Source: Desulfobacterales bacterium (lineage in GTDB: Bacteria > Desulfobacterota > Desulfobacteria > Desulfobacterales > UBA5852). From it: a stretch of DNA of 64,000 nt. Each line of letters starts with the position of its first letter. Position 1 is the first letter of the stretch. The notes beneath the pieces are model-generated. The model had not been told where the DNA came from and did no database searches. It saw only the letters and a list, made by a program, of their open reading frames with translations. A program made the position numbers and the translations under genes. This document shows, piece after piece, positions 1-9,268 of the stretch. Where the stretch lies: positions 2,080,001 through 2,144,000 of the forward strand of contig CAXXVS010000003.1 in assembly GCA_963674755.2 (NCBI GenBank). The letters run 5' to 3'.

Positions 1-759
1 TTGGGCACCGAATTTTTCCACCAGATAGGCCTGCAGGGCAGCGGCCAGCGCGCCCACCCCGCAGGGGACGAAAACATGGCTCGGCATGTCGGGGGCCATT
101 TGGGCGAAGGCTTCCTCGAAAAGGGTCAGGTAGCCCTGCATGACCCGGCGAGGGATGTCCTCGTAGCCCTCCCAGCCCGTATCCTGAATCAGGAGGCCTT
201 GCCCCTCTTGTGCTTCCCGGGCGGCCTGGACCACGGCCGCATCATAGTTGCCGTCCACCACAACGGCTTCACCGCCCAGTTGCCGAATCGCCGTATAGCG
301 GCTGGCGGCCGTGCCGCGGGGTAGCAGGATGCGGCTGCGGCACCCGATGCGTTGCGCCATCCAGGCCACGGCCGCACCGTGGTTGCCGTCCGAGGCGGCC
401 ACCAGGGGCAAGGCCGACAGGCGGCGGCGGACACGGTCTTCCCGGAAGGCGTCGAAATCAAGGGGGGGCGGCAGGGCCAGGCGCTCGGCCAGGGTGGCAC
501 AGACCGCATAGGACGCGCCTAAAATCTTGAAGGCTTTCAGACCGAAGCGCCGGGACTCATCCTTGAGCCAGATGCCGCCCAGGCCCAGCCGCCGAGCCAT
601 CTGGCCGAGTGCCACTATCGGGGTGGGCCGGTAGCCGGGGAGGGTTTCGTGAAAGCGGCCGACGGTCTGTACCGCTTCCTGCGACGCAAAGTCTGTTTCC
701 CGGGGTCTTGGGGAAGGGCGGCGGGCACGGGGGTTGCAAAACAGCTTCAGCCCTTCCAT
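1..759 (-). CDS. dpaL: Diaminopropionate ammonia-lyase family PLP enzyme (runs off the window start)
   Basis: Not in the ORF track. Manual translation from ATG 759: ...GYRPTPIVAL...GLGGIWLKDESRRFGLKAFKILGASYAV...LVAASDGNHGAAVAW...DGNYDAAV...LIQDTGWEGYEDIPRRVMQGYLT...HVFVPCGVGALA. These are typical DpaL motifs. Starts 4 nt after the pepT stop. Confidence 0.85.
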   Translation of the reverse strand, partial: MEGLKLFCNPRARRPSPRPRETDFASQEAVQTVGRFHETLPGYRPTPIVALGQMARRLGLGGIWLKDESRRFGLKAFKILGASYAVCATLAERLALPPPLDFDAFREDRVRRRLSALPLVAASDGNHGAAVAWMAQRIGCRSRILLPRGTAASRYTAIRQLGGEAVVVDGNYDAAVVQAAREAQEGQGLLIQDTGWEGYEDIPRRVMQGYLTLFEEAFAQMAPDMPSHVFVPCGVGALAAALQAYLVEKFGAQ

Positions 760-763
760 GGCA

Positions 764-2050
764 TCAATCCGCATCTCCGGGCGGAACGAGGCCCTTTTCG
801 TCTTCCGCCCACAGGCGGCACAATTCCATGATGACCTGCGCGCCTTTGGCCAGGGCGATCACCGGGATCCATTCCTTGCGGCTGTGAAACAGGAGGCCGC
901 CGGCAAACAGGTTGGGGGTGGGAACCCCCAGAAAGCACAACTGGGCACCGTCGGTGCCGCCCCGGATGGCCTTGGTGATGACGTCCACCCCGGCGGCTTG
1001 AATCGCATCGCGGGCTTTACGGCAGACGTCCGGATAGTGATCCAGGACTTCTTTCATATTACGGTATTGTTCACTGATGTGAAGATCGATACGCAGGCCG
1101 GGATGGGCGGTTTCGAAAACCGCACTCATCTGCCGCAGCCATTTTTCCCGCCGGCGGTTGCGTGCGGCGTCGAAATCCCGCAGAAGGATTTCGACGGTGG
1201 CCCGGCTTTCATTGCCGGAGAGGGTCGTCACGTGGAAAAATCCCTCGCGGTCCGCGGTATGCTCCGGTGTTTCGGCCGCCGGCAGGCCCGCCACAAAGCA
1301 GGCGGCCAGCCGGCCGGCATTCACCATGCGGTTTTTGGCATAGCCCGGGTGGACATTCAGGCCCTGGAAAGTCAGCATGGCCTTCAGGGCGTGAAAACAC
1401 TCGGTCTCCAGTTCCCCCATCTCGCCCCCGTCAATGGTATAGCCCACGTCCCCCAGCCGCTCGCGACGGATACGAGCCGTGCCCTGCCCGATTTCCTCGT
1501 CGGGCGTGAACACGATGCGCAGCTCCGGGTGCGGCCATTCCGGTCTGTCGCGGAGGGCTTCCAGGGCGGTCATGATCGCGGCCAGCCCGGCCTTGTCGTC
1601 CGCCCCCAGGAGGGTTTGCCCGGCGGCGGTGATGATGTCTTCACCGATGAATTGCGTGAGTTCGGGCGATTCCTGCGGTGTGAGGACCAAATCGGGATCG
1701 TCGTCGAAACAAAGTGGGCCGCCGGCATAGCGGCGATGCACCACCGGGCGCACATCCTTCCCGGAGACCGAAGGCGATGTATCCAGGTGGGCACAAAAGG
1801 TCAGGGTCATGGGGGTGCGGGCCTGCCGGCCGGGAAGCCGCCCATAGACATAGCCGAAGGTATCCTGTTCGACCGCTTCCAGCCCCAGCTGACGAAGCTC
1901 GTCGGCCAGCCGGGCGCCCAGTTCCAACTGGCCCGGGGAGGATGGCTGTCGGTCGGCCGACGGATCGGCACTGGTGTCGATGGTGACATAGCGCAGAAAA
2001 CGCGCCAGTGCCCGGGGGCGCAGGAATTCGATGAGAGATTGCCGATTCAT
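764..2050 (-). CDS. pepT: Peptidase T (M20B tripeptide aminopeptidase)
   Basis: RFLRYVTIDT, AHLDTS, LLGADDKAG, FTPDEEIG, GLNVHPGYAKN, IRGGTDGA motifs. Confidence 0.95.
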   Translation of the reverse strand: MNRQSLIEFLRPRALARFLRYVTIDTSADPSADRQPSSPGQLELGARLADELRQLGLEAVEQDTFGYVYGRLPGRQARTPMTLTFCAHLDTSPSVSGKDVRPVVHRRYAGGPLCFDDDPDLVLTPQESPELTQFIGEDIITAAGQTLLGADDKAGLAAIMTALEALRDRPEWPHPELRIVFTPDEEIGQGTARIRRERLGDVGYTIDGGEMGELETECFHALKAMLTFQGLNVHPGYAKNRMVNAGRLAACFVAGLPAAETPEHTADREGFFHVTTLSGNESRATVEILLRDFDAARNRRREKWLRQMSAVFETAHPGLRIDLHISEQYRNMKEVLDHYPDVCRKARDAIQAAGVDVITKAIRGGTDGAQLCFLGVPTPNLFAGGLLFHSRKEWIPVIALAKGAQVIMELCRLWAEDEKGLVPPGDAD

Positions 2051-2069
2051 GGCCTGTGGCTTTAACCGT

Positions 2070-2468
2070 CTAAGATCGCAGGAGGTGTTTGACCGCGGGC
2101 AGTTTCAGACTGGCGGCATCCACCTGCCATTCTCCGGCGGCAGTCTGAGCCCCCTTGAGGCGGCCTTTTTTGAGCCACTTGATGACGCCGGTTTCGGTAA
2201 GATAGGTTCTAGAACTGAATTCGGATACGGACATGATTCGGGCAACGGGAGACGGTTGGGCGGTTTGGGCCGGCGCCGCTTTTTGGGGGGAGGCCGGGGG
2301 TGATGTTTCACCGCTATGTTCCAAGGCGCTGGCGGGGATCATCCATTTGCCCGACTGCTTTTGCCCGCTGAGTTTTTTCTCGCGCAGCATTTTGGTGACT
2401 TGCGCAACGGAGAGGCCGGATCGCGAAGCAAATTCCCTGGTGGTCAGAAGGGGTTCGTTTGGTCCCAT
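2070..2468 (-). CDS. Tandem HTH (excisionase/MerR-like) DNA-binding protein
   Basis: ATG 2468 follows an AAGGA RBS. Two similar modules (LLTTREFASRSGLSVAQVTKMLREKKLSGQKQSGKWMIP; MSVSEFSSRTYLTETGVIKWLKKGRLKGAQTAAGEWQVD) are joined by a Pro/Ala linker. Confidence 0.7.
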   Translation of the reverse strand: MGPNEPLLTTREFASRSGLSVAQVTKMLREKKLSGQKQSGKWMIPASALEHSGETSPPASPQKAAPAQTAQPSPVARIMSVSEFSSRTYLTETGVIKWLKKGRLKGAQTAAGEWQVDAASLKLPAVKHLLRS

Positions 2469-3011
2469 GGAGTTGGTCCTTTCTGGATAAACGAAGGTTG
2501 GGGCGGGCGGCCTTTGAAGGGACGGCGATCGTTGGCCGAAATGCCGCCCGGCCGGTCTGCCGAGGCTTCGGCCCTGCTTGGTGGCCACCATACTAAAATC
2601 GATAGGATTCGTAAATGGTTGTCTGGTTGGCGGAACGCCCCTGGTGTTCCCTTCGGACTGAAAGCGCGGATTGACAGCGGCCAATCCATGGTCATGGTTG
2701 ATAGCGTGCCGGCCAAGGCCGGTTGCAAAACGCAACAGGTTTCCTCGCAGGCCCAGTTCCGTCCTGCGGACCCGGACGGCCAGATTATCAAAGCGACCGA
2801 CGGCCAATACCGCCGATGGCGATGCGGCCCCATAGGGGCCCTGGCAAGGGCCAACCAATTATCGTATAATAAAACCTTTTGATGGGTACCCCCGGCCTCA
2901 GCGGGGACTTCCGGGCCCGGGAGCTCGGGGATGAGAACGTCCATGGTTTCAGCAGCGGCATCCAAACCTGGCGCAGCATCCGACGATCCAATTCAACCAT
3001 AAAGATGACGA

Positions 3012-3566
3012 ATGCATACGGACCCCCACTACAACCGACTGCTCGAAGGCATCGAAAAGCGGGCTGAAAATCTGTTTCTGACCCGGCAATTGCAATGTGC
3101 CGAGGCCGTGATAACCGTCCTGAACCAGGGGTTGGGCGGCGGTCTGCCCCCCGGAATGGCGGTGCGGCTGGCATCGGCCCTGCCGGAAGGGCTGGGAAGG
3201 CGCGGATGCCTTTGCGGCGCGCTCAATGGCGGGGCCCTGGCCCTGGGCCTGTTTCTGGGGCGCGACGGTCCCGGGTACGGCAACGGCCGGACCGTCAAAC
3301 AGGCGGCGGGTCAGCTGCATGACCAATTCAAGGCCTGCTTCAAGGCGACCTGCTGCCGGATCTTGACCAAATCGTTGGTCTATGGATCGGATGAGCATTT
3401 CCGCCACTGCGCGCAAATGACGGGAACGGCCGCCCGTTTGACCGCCGGCATCGTGCTCAACCACAGGCCGGAACTGGTGAAAACGGCGGACTGGGACTTT
3501 CTGGCCCGGCAGGAAAGCCGTATGGCCGCCGAGGTCAAGAAGCTGGCGCGCGCTTTCGGCCGTTAG
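3012..3566 (+). CDS. C-GCAxxG-C-C family putative redox protein
   Basis: QCAEAV...GCLCGALNGG...TCCRIL...HC cysteine pattern. Confidence 0.8.
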   Translation: MHTDPHYNRLLEGIEKRAENLFLTRQLQCAEAVITVLNQGLGGGLPPGMAVRLASALPEGLGRRGCLCGALNGGALALGLFLGRDGPGYGNGRTVKQAAGQLHDQFKACFKATCCRILTKSLVYGSDEHFRHCAQMTGTAARLTAGIVLNHRPELVKTADWDFLARQESRMAAEVKKLARAFGR

Positions 3567-3597
3567 GGTCTCGGGATGCCGAACGAGGGACAGGGGA

Positions 3598-4653
3598 TTG
3601 AAGCTGTTCAAGAAACATACCTTGATGAGTCTTTCCAAGACCTGTGGCTGAGCGGCCAAAATCGACCCGGTCGGGCTCGGTGAACTGCTCAAACAGCTTC
3701 CTCAGGTGGAGGATCCCAACCTCCTGGTGGGCTTCAACACAAGTGATGACGCCGGTGTCTATCGTCTCAGGGACGACATGGCCCTGGTGAGCACCGCGGA
3801 TTTTATCACGCCGCCGGTGGATGATCCGTTTATTTACGGACAGATCGCGGCGGCCAATGCCATCAGCGATGTCTATGCCATGGGGGGCCGTCCCATCACC
3901 TGCCTGAATCTGGTGGCCTTTCCTTCCGGGAAACTGGCGCCGGAGATTCTGCACGGGATCGTCGCCGGTGCGATGGCAAAAATCACCGAAGCCGGTGCGG
4001 TGCTGATCGGCGGACACACCATCGAGGATGATGAACCCAAATTCGGTCTGGCGGTCAACGGCGTGGTTCACCCGGACAGGATCTGGACCAATGCCGGCGC
4101 CCGGCCCGGTGACCATCTGGTCCTGACCAAGCCCATCGGCAGCGGCGTGCTTTTCAACGCCAATATCAAAGGCTGGGTATCGGCGGAAGCCCTGTCCGCT
4201 TGTATTGCCCACCTTACCACGCTGAACCGCACGGCCTGCGAGATCATGCAAGGCTTCGAGATCCACGCCGCCACGGATGTCACCGGATTCGGCCTGGCGG
4301 GCCACAGCTTCGAGATGGCCGATGCCTCGGGGGCCATGCTCATCCTTGGGATGGATCGACTGCCCGTGATGGACGAAGCGCTCGATATGTACCGCCGGGG
4401 CGTCAACACGGGGGTGAACCCCCATAATCGGCGGATGGTACAGGATCATTTGGAACTGCGCGGCGACTGGCCGTCCTGGCAGCAGGAAATCCTCTACGAT
4501 CCCCAGACCAGCGGGGGGCTCCTGGCGGCGGTGGATGCCGCTGCCGCAGACGCTCTCGTGACGGCTCTGCGCGCGGCCGGCCTGCTTCAAGCCGTGGTCA
4601 TCGGGGAAGTCCGCCCGCGGGCGTCGGGGTCGGTCATGCTGCAAATCGTATAG
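3598..4653 (+). CDS. selD: Selenide, water dikinase (selenophosphate synthetase), Sec-containing, in-frame UGA at 3649-3651
   Basis: Track ORF 3706-4653 has SelD motifs (DDAGVY, TADFITP, AAANAISDVYAMGG, GGHT, ATDVTGFGL, DPQTSGGLL). The upstream frame from TTG 3598 (alternative ATG 3625) reads ...LMSLSKTCG-UGA-AAKIDP, placing UGA at the catalytic Cys/Sec position. Confidence 0.93.
3661..3681 (+). promoter_or_regulatory. Putative bacterial SECIS hairpin
   Basis: ATCGA-CCC [GGTC] GGG-C-TCGGT stem-loop. The loop starts with G 17 nt after the UGA. Confidence 0.65.
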
Positions 4654-4935
4654 AAGCCCGCTGACCCGATTGCGCCTTGTCACGCCCTTCCGAAAATCGC
4701 GTGCCTTTTCGGCGGGGAGCGGGGGAAGTCGTCGTTTACAAGTAACGGCTGAAGGTTAACCCATTTCAGGGCCGATGAATCAGACGGAACCGGACGCGGA
4801 CCCTAGGTGCAGCTGGAATGGGAACCGAAGGGCCGTGGGGATGATTTTTGCAACGCGATTTTGCTTGACCAAATATCACGTTTAAAATATGTAGTGGGCA
4901 TCAAAAAAAAAATAGTATTCAGGAGAAGGCTTATT

Positions 4936-5565
4936 ATGGGGATTCAGGAGCGCAAAGAGCGTGAAAAAGAGCGTCGCCGGCAGCAGATCATGGTGGCTGC
5001 CAAACGCGTTTTTTCCGAAAAGGGCTTCAACAAGGCCACCATGGAGGACATTGCCCACCAGGCCGAATTGAGCCCGGGGACCCTGTACCTGTATTTTAAG
5101 AACAAGGAGGAGTTATACGCCTCGTTGTCCCTGCGCATTCTGCAATACCTGCTGATTCGCGTCGAACATGTGGATACCGAAGATGTGCCCAGTCCCGAGG
5201 AGAAGGTCAAATCCCTCATGAATGCCATGTACGACGTCTACGAGTTCGATCCTCTGATTATTATCAACATGTTTCATCTGCAATCAAGTGAAACCCTTAA
5301 AAATTTATCGCCCGAGCTGATGTCGGAAATAAAGGCCCTTTCGCAAAAATCCCTGGGGGCCATCGCCAAGATTTTCGAACAGGGCATCAAGGCCGGCAAA
5401 TTTATCGAGCGTCATCCGGTCGCCCTGGCGGACATTTTCTGGTCCCTCTTTTCCGGTGTGGTGCTCTGGGAAGCCAGCAAAAAAATCATTGACGACGAAA
5501 AGGACTACCTCAAGGAGACCCTGGAGATCGCTTTCGAAATTTTTTACCGGGGGCTGCTTAAATAG
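4936..5565 (+). CDS. TetR/AcrR family transcriptional regulator
   Basis: MGIQERKEREKERRRQQIMVAAKRVFSEKGFNKATMEDIA...GTLYLYFKNKEEL. AGGAG RBS precedes ATG 4936. Confidence 0.92.
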   Translation: MGIQERKEREKERRRQQIMVAAKRVFSEKGFNKATMEDIAHQAELSPGTLYLYFKNKEELYASLSLRILQYLLIRVEHVDTEDVPSPEEKVKSLMNAMYDVYEFDPLIIINMFHLQSSETLKNLSPELMSEIKALSQKSLGAIAKIFEQGIKAGKFIERHPVALADIFWSLFSGVVLWEASKKIIDDEKDYLKETLEIAFEIFYRGLLK

Positions 5566-5599
5566 TGCCTATCCATAAATGGTAGATTTTGGTTCCTGG
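5563..5599 (-). repeat. Partial, inverted copy of the ~148-bp palindromic repeat
   Basis: TAGTGCCTATCCATAAATGGTAGATTTTGGTTCCTGG matches the reverse complement of the right end of 14266-14413. Weak similarity continues to about 5625. Confidence 0.8.
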
Positions 5600-5646
5600 T
5601 CCCGCCGCCGGTCTGCAAGCCCGCCCCGTTTGGCCCTCCCCTGACG

Positions 5647-7293
5647 TCATTCCTGAAAAAGACGCGCAATCTCATCCACTTCAAATTCCGGCCAACCGGC
5701 AGGTTCGCCGTCCTGGTAGGCGACAACCCCCTGGCCGGGGTTCTGGACCTCCCCAATGAGGGCGGCGGCGATGCCCTGATCGTTGATGGCCCGCCGCAGG
5801 CCGTCGGCTGCTTCAGACCGACAGACGATCAGCAACGAACCCGAACCGATCAGTCCCAAAGGCTCAATATCCAAGGCGGCACAGATACGGGCGGTGGGCG
5901 GCAGCAGCGGGATGCGGTCCAGATGAATAGCGATGGCATGACCGCCGGCCGCACTCAATTCGCTGAGCGCCGTGGCGAGCCCCCCTTCGGTGACGTCGTG
6001 CATGGCGCTGACCCCGGCCGTGGCCCGTGCGATGGCCGCTTCGGGCAGGATGCTGATGTGATCCTCCAGCGCACGCCCGGCGGCGAGTTCCGCATCGCCG
6101 AGACCCGCGGCCTTGAGGCGTTCGGCAAAGGCGTGGGCGATGATGGCCGTGCCCTCCACTGCCACGCCCTTGGTCAAAAGGATGCGATCCCCCGGTCGTA
6201 TGCTTTTTTTGTCGATGAGATCCGCGCGTTCCATGGCGGCCCCCAAGGTGCCCACCACCACCGGCCGTCGGACCGCATCGGTGATTTCGGTATGACCACC
6301 GCACAGGGTGATGCCCCAGGCCGTGCAGGCCTGATGGATATCGGTCATGACCTGGACAATCTGGGAAGGGGTCGATCCGGCGGGAAACAGCAGGGTCGTC
6401 ATGAGCCACTGGGGGACGGCGCCTGCGGTGGCAATATCGTTGGCATTGATCAGCACGGTGTAGGTGCCGATCCGGTCGGTGACAAAGGTGATGGGGTCCG
6501 AGGTCACCACCAGGGTGTCCCGGCCGGTCATATCGATGGCGGCCGTGTCTTCCCCGATGCCCGGTTTGATCAGGAAGCGCGGATCGTCCTGGTTCAGGTG
6601 GCCGAAAAACTCTTCCAGCAGATCGCTGGGGAATTTGCCGTTGGGCAGGGGCAGCCCGCCGCGTACGATCTTGACGATAGCGTTCAGGGAGGCCGCCCGG
6701 AAATCGCAAACGATGTGGCCCTCCGGATCCGTGCGGCCCTCGTCCAGCAGGGCGGTCAAGGCGCCGGCCCGCCGGCCGGCATCCATATCAAAATGAAAAT
6801 CCCCCACGACGAGAACCGTCTGCGGTGCGATCTGCAGCCGCTCGGCGGCCAGCAGGACACCGTCCGGGTGGGGTTTGGGGCGCACGGGGTCGTCGCGGGT
6901 AATCACCACATCGAAATCGTCGATGGTGAGATCGGAGAACTGCTCCAGGGCCGTTACCACCGAGGCCCGGCTGTTGCGGGTGATGATGCCGATGGGCAGC
7001 TGGCGCTCTTTCAGGAAGTGAAGGAGGTGCCGGACACCGCCGTTGGGATGGGAGCGTCGCGCCGCTTCAAGCTCCATGGCATTGAGCACCGCGTGGGCTT
7101 CGGCCTGGCGTGCGTCGTCGCGGAGGCTGCCGATGAATTCCAGAATGGCTTGGTCCGGGGGGCAGCCAATGGATCGTTTGACCGCCTGGAAATCAATGGC
7201 ACCCGGTTTGGTCAGGGTGCCGTCAAAGTCAAAAAGCACGGCTTTTACCCGATAAGCTTGCATTTTCCAGTCCACAACTTGCCATTCGGCCAT
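5647..7293 (-). CDS. HAD-family hydrolase fused to an AIR synthase-related (PurM/HypE/ThiL superfamily) domain
   Basis: N-terminal DFDGTL, KPHPD, VGDFHFD. C-terminal PGIGEDTA, VVTSDPITF, NANDIA, GGHTE, AMHDVTEGGL. The start may be 7263. Confidence 0.85.
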   Translation of the reverse strand: MAEWQVVDWKMQAYRVKAVLFDFDGTLTKPGAIDFQAVKRSIGCPPDQAILEFIGSLRDDARQAEAHAVLNAMELEAARRSHPNGGVRHLLHFLKERQLPIGIITRNSRASVVTALEQFSDLTIDDFDVVITRDDPVRPKPHPDGVLLAAERLQIAPQTVLVVGDFHFDMDAGRRAGALTALLDEGRTDPEGHIVCDFRAASLNAIVKIVRGGLPLPNGKFPSDLLEEFFGHLNQDDPRFLIKPGIGEDTAAIDMTGRDTLVVTSDPITFVTDRIGTYTVLINANDIATAGAVPQWLMTTLLFPAGSTPSQIVQVMTDIHQACTAWGITLCGGHTEITDAVRRPVVVGTLGAAMERADLIDKKSIRPGDRILLTKGVAVEGTAIIAHAFAERLKAAGLGDAELAAGRALEDHISILPEAAIARATAGVSAMHDVTEGGLATALSELSAAGGHAIAIHLDRIPLLPPTARICAALDIEPLGLIGSGSLLIVCRSEAADGLRRAINDQGIAAALIGEVQNPGQGVVAYQDGEPAGWPEFEVDEIARLFQE

Positions 7294-7391
7294 TGTCGTT
7301 AGGAGCGCTATCCAGGCCGCGGCACTGCGCCGAGTCCGGTCGTCAAAACGAGGGTCGTTTTAGTGGCGACCCAAGCATCTGTCAAGCGGAT

Positions 7392-8672
7392 TCAGCCGGC
7401 CGGCGGCCTGTCCTGGGGCGACAACGTATCCGGATCGTAGACCTGAGTGGCCAGGTAGTCTTCCAGGCGTTGGGCGCGGCGGATCAGCTCCACGGTGCCG
7501 TCGGCGTTGAGCAACAGCTCTTTGGGCTGCAGCCGTCCGTTGTAGGTAAAGCCCATGGCTTGACCGTGGGCGCCCGTATCGTGGATCACCAGCAGGTCGT
7601 TTTCCCGGATCTCCGGCAGCGGCCGCTGGATGGCAAACTTGTCGTTGTTCTCGCAGAGGGCCCCCACCACGTCCACCACCCGGACAGGGGTGTCATGGTT
7701 GCGGCCCGGAACGGTAATATGATGGTAGGCGCCGTACATGCCGGGACGCATGAGGGACGACATGCAGGCATCGACCCCCACGTATTCCCGATAGATGGAT
7801 TTGTGGTTGATGGCCTGTGTGACGAGTACCCCGTGGGGACCGGTCATGAAACGACCGCATTCCATGGCCAGGCCGGGCCGGTAGCCGTTGACCGATTGAA
7901 AGGCCTGGAAGAGGTCTTCCACGTCGGCGGCCAGGGCGTCCAGGTTGAAAATGGCCTGGTCGGGCTGGTAGGGAATGCCGATCCCGCCGCCGATGTTGAC
8001 GAATTCGAACTGAATGCCGGTGCGGCGTCCGACCCGGGCGGCGATGTCCAGGATCATGCGGGTGGTTTCCACGATATTGCGGTAGTCCAGTTCGTTGGAG
8101 GCGATCATGGTGTGAAGCCCGAATCGTCGCGCGCCGCGCTGGATGGCCAGCTGGTAGGCGTTCACGATCTGCTCGTGGCTGACCCCGTATTTGGATTCCG
8201 CCGGGTTGCCGATAATGGCGTTGCCGGTGCGCCGGGGACCGGGATTGTAGCGGAAGGAGATGAGGTCCGGAAAGGGATCCAGCTTGTCCACCAGGGAGAT
8301 ATCGTCCAGGTTGATGATGCTGCTGCCCTCGGCCAGGGCGGCCGCGAATTCTTCGCGCGTCGTATTGTTGGAAGTGAACATGATGGCCTCCCCCCGCCCT
8401 CCGGCCATGCGCGCCAGGACCAGTTCGGGGATGGAGCTGCAGTCGAACCCGAAGCCCATCGCCTGCATGATCTTCAGGATGCGCAGATTGGGTAGCGCCT
8501 TGACGGCGAAATATTCGCGGAACGCGGCATGGGTCTTGAAGGCCTCGATCAGGTGGCGGCCGGTTTCCCGGATGCCGATTTCGTCATAGATGTGAAACGG
8601 TGTTCCGAAGTGCTCCGCGATGTCGTTCAGAGCAGGGTAGAGACGGTTTTGGAAATCGGCTGACATGGGCAT
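7392..8672 (-). CDS. lysA: Diaminopimelate decarboxylase
   Basis: GTPFHIYDE, YFAVKALPN, SKYG, NIGGGIG, ECGRF, GALCENNDKF, GAHG...YNGR. Confidence 0.92.
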   Translation of the reverse strand: MPMSADFQNRLYPALNDIAEHFGTPFHIYDEIGIRETGRHLIEAFKTHAAFREYFAVKALPNLRILKIMQAMGFGFDCSSIPELVLARMAGGRGEAIMFTSNNTTREEFAAALAEGSSIINLDDISLVDKLDPFPDLISFRYNPGPRRTGNAIIGNPAESKYGVSHEQIVNAYQLAIQRGARRFGLHTMIASNELDYRNIVETTRMILDIAARVGRRTGIQFEFVNIGGGIGIPYQPDQAIFNLDALAADVEDLFQAFQSVNGYRPGLAMECGRFMTGPHGVLVTQAINHKSIYREYVGVDACMSSLMRPGMYGAYHHITVPGRNHDTPVRVVDVVGALCENNDKFAIQRPLPEIRENDLLVIHDTGAHGQAMGFTYNGRLQPKELLLNADGTVELIRRAQRLEDYLATQVYDPDTLSPQDRPPAG

Positions 8673-8806
8673 GGCGCAACCCCTTTCTTACAATTCTTTC
8701 AAACGGCGGCGCGCAGGCCGCCGGCAAGGGCTGCCACGCTTGCCAAAGCGTGGCAGCAGGTTGTAGCAGACAAAATGCGATTTATCCATCATGACCGCAA
8801 AAGGCC

Positions 8807-9268
8807 CTATTCCTCCGCACCGATGGGGATCATGGCCGTTTCCTTGAGGGTGGACAGGACCACATGGGTGCAGGTCTGCGCGATGCCGTCGATGGCGCCG
8901 ATCTCCTCCTGCAGCAGGCGGTTCAACGCTTCGGGATCGGCCACCCGCAGCTTGACCAGAAACCGGTCCGGTCCGGCAATGAAATGGATCTCCTGGATGG
9001 CCGCAATCCGGGACAGAGCGTCGGCCACCGCGGTGCGAAAGGCCGGCCCGCGGGTTTCGACAAAGACGAAGGCTACCAGGGCGCGGTTGAAACGCCGGGG
9101 GTTCAAGCGGACCTCATAGCCATCGATGTAGCCCTGGCTTTCCAGCTTGCGGATGCGTTCCAGGACGGCGGAAGGGGCCATGTTCACCTGGCGGGCCACC
9201 TCTACATTGGGGATGCGGGCCTTGCGCTGCAGTATGCTGAGAATTTCATAGCCAATGTCGTCGATCAT
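8807..9268 (-). CDS. Lrp/AsnC family transcriptional regulator
   Basis: ILSILQRKARIPNVEVARQVNMAPSAVLERIRKLESQGYIDGY HTH followed by a RAM-like domain. Confidence 0.92.
   Translation of the reverse strand: MIDDIGYEILSILQRKARIPNVEVARQVNMAPSAVLERIRKLESQGYIDGYEVRLNPRRFNRALVAFVFVETRGPAFRTAVADALSRIAAIQEIHFIAGPDRFLVKLRVADPEALNRLLQEEIGAIDGIAQTCTHVVLSTLKETAMIPIGAEE

Noticed and set aside
734..2065. Long antisense ORFs in the track (also 5923-7302, 7293-8495, 9739-11247, 24107-25570, 30227-31963, 60720-62285)
   Set aside because: They are shadows of well-supported genes on the opposite strand, as expected at high GC, and carry no recognisable motifs.
2469..3011. 543-nt intergenic gap as a hidden gene or ncRNA
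   Set aside because: I found no convincing RBS-led ORF or recognisable RNA motif. It cannot be supported without an Rfam or homology search.
3706..4653. selD starting at GTG 3706, or selD as a pseudogene
   Set aside because: This start omits the catalytic N-terminal loop. The in-frame UGA at the Cys/Sec position plus a SECIS-like hairpin explains the sequence better.
8731..8756. Hairpin CTGCCACGCTT-GCCA-AAGCGTGGCAG upstream of lysA as a lysine riboswitch
   Set aside because: The intergenic region is only about 135 nt and lacks L-box motifs. It is a single hairpin of unknown role.
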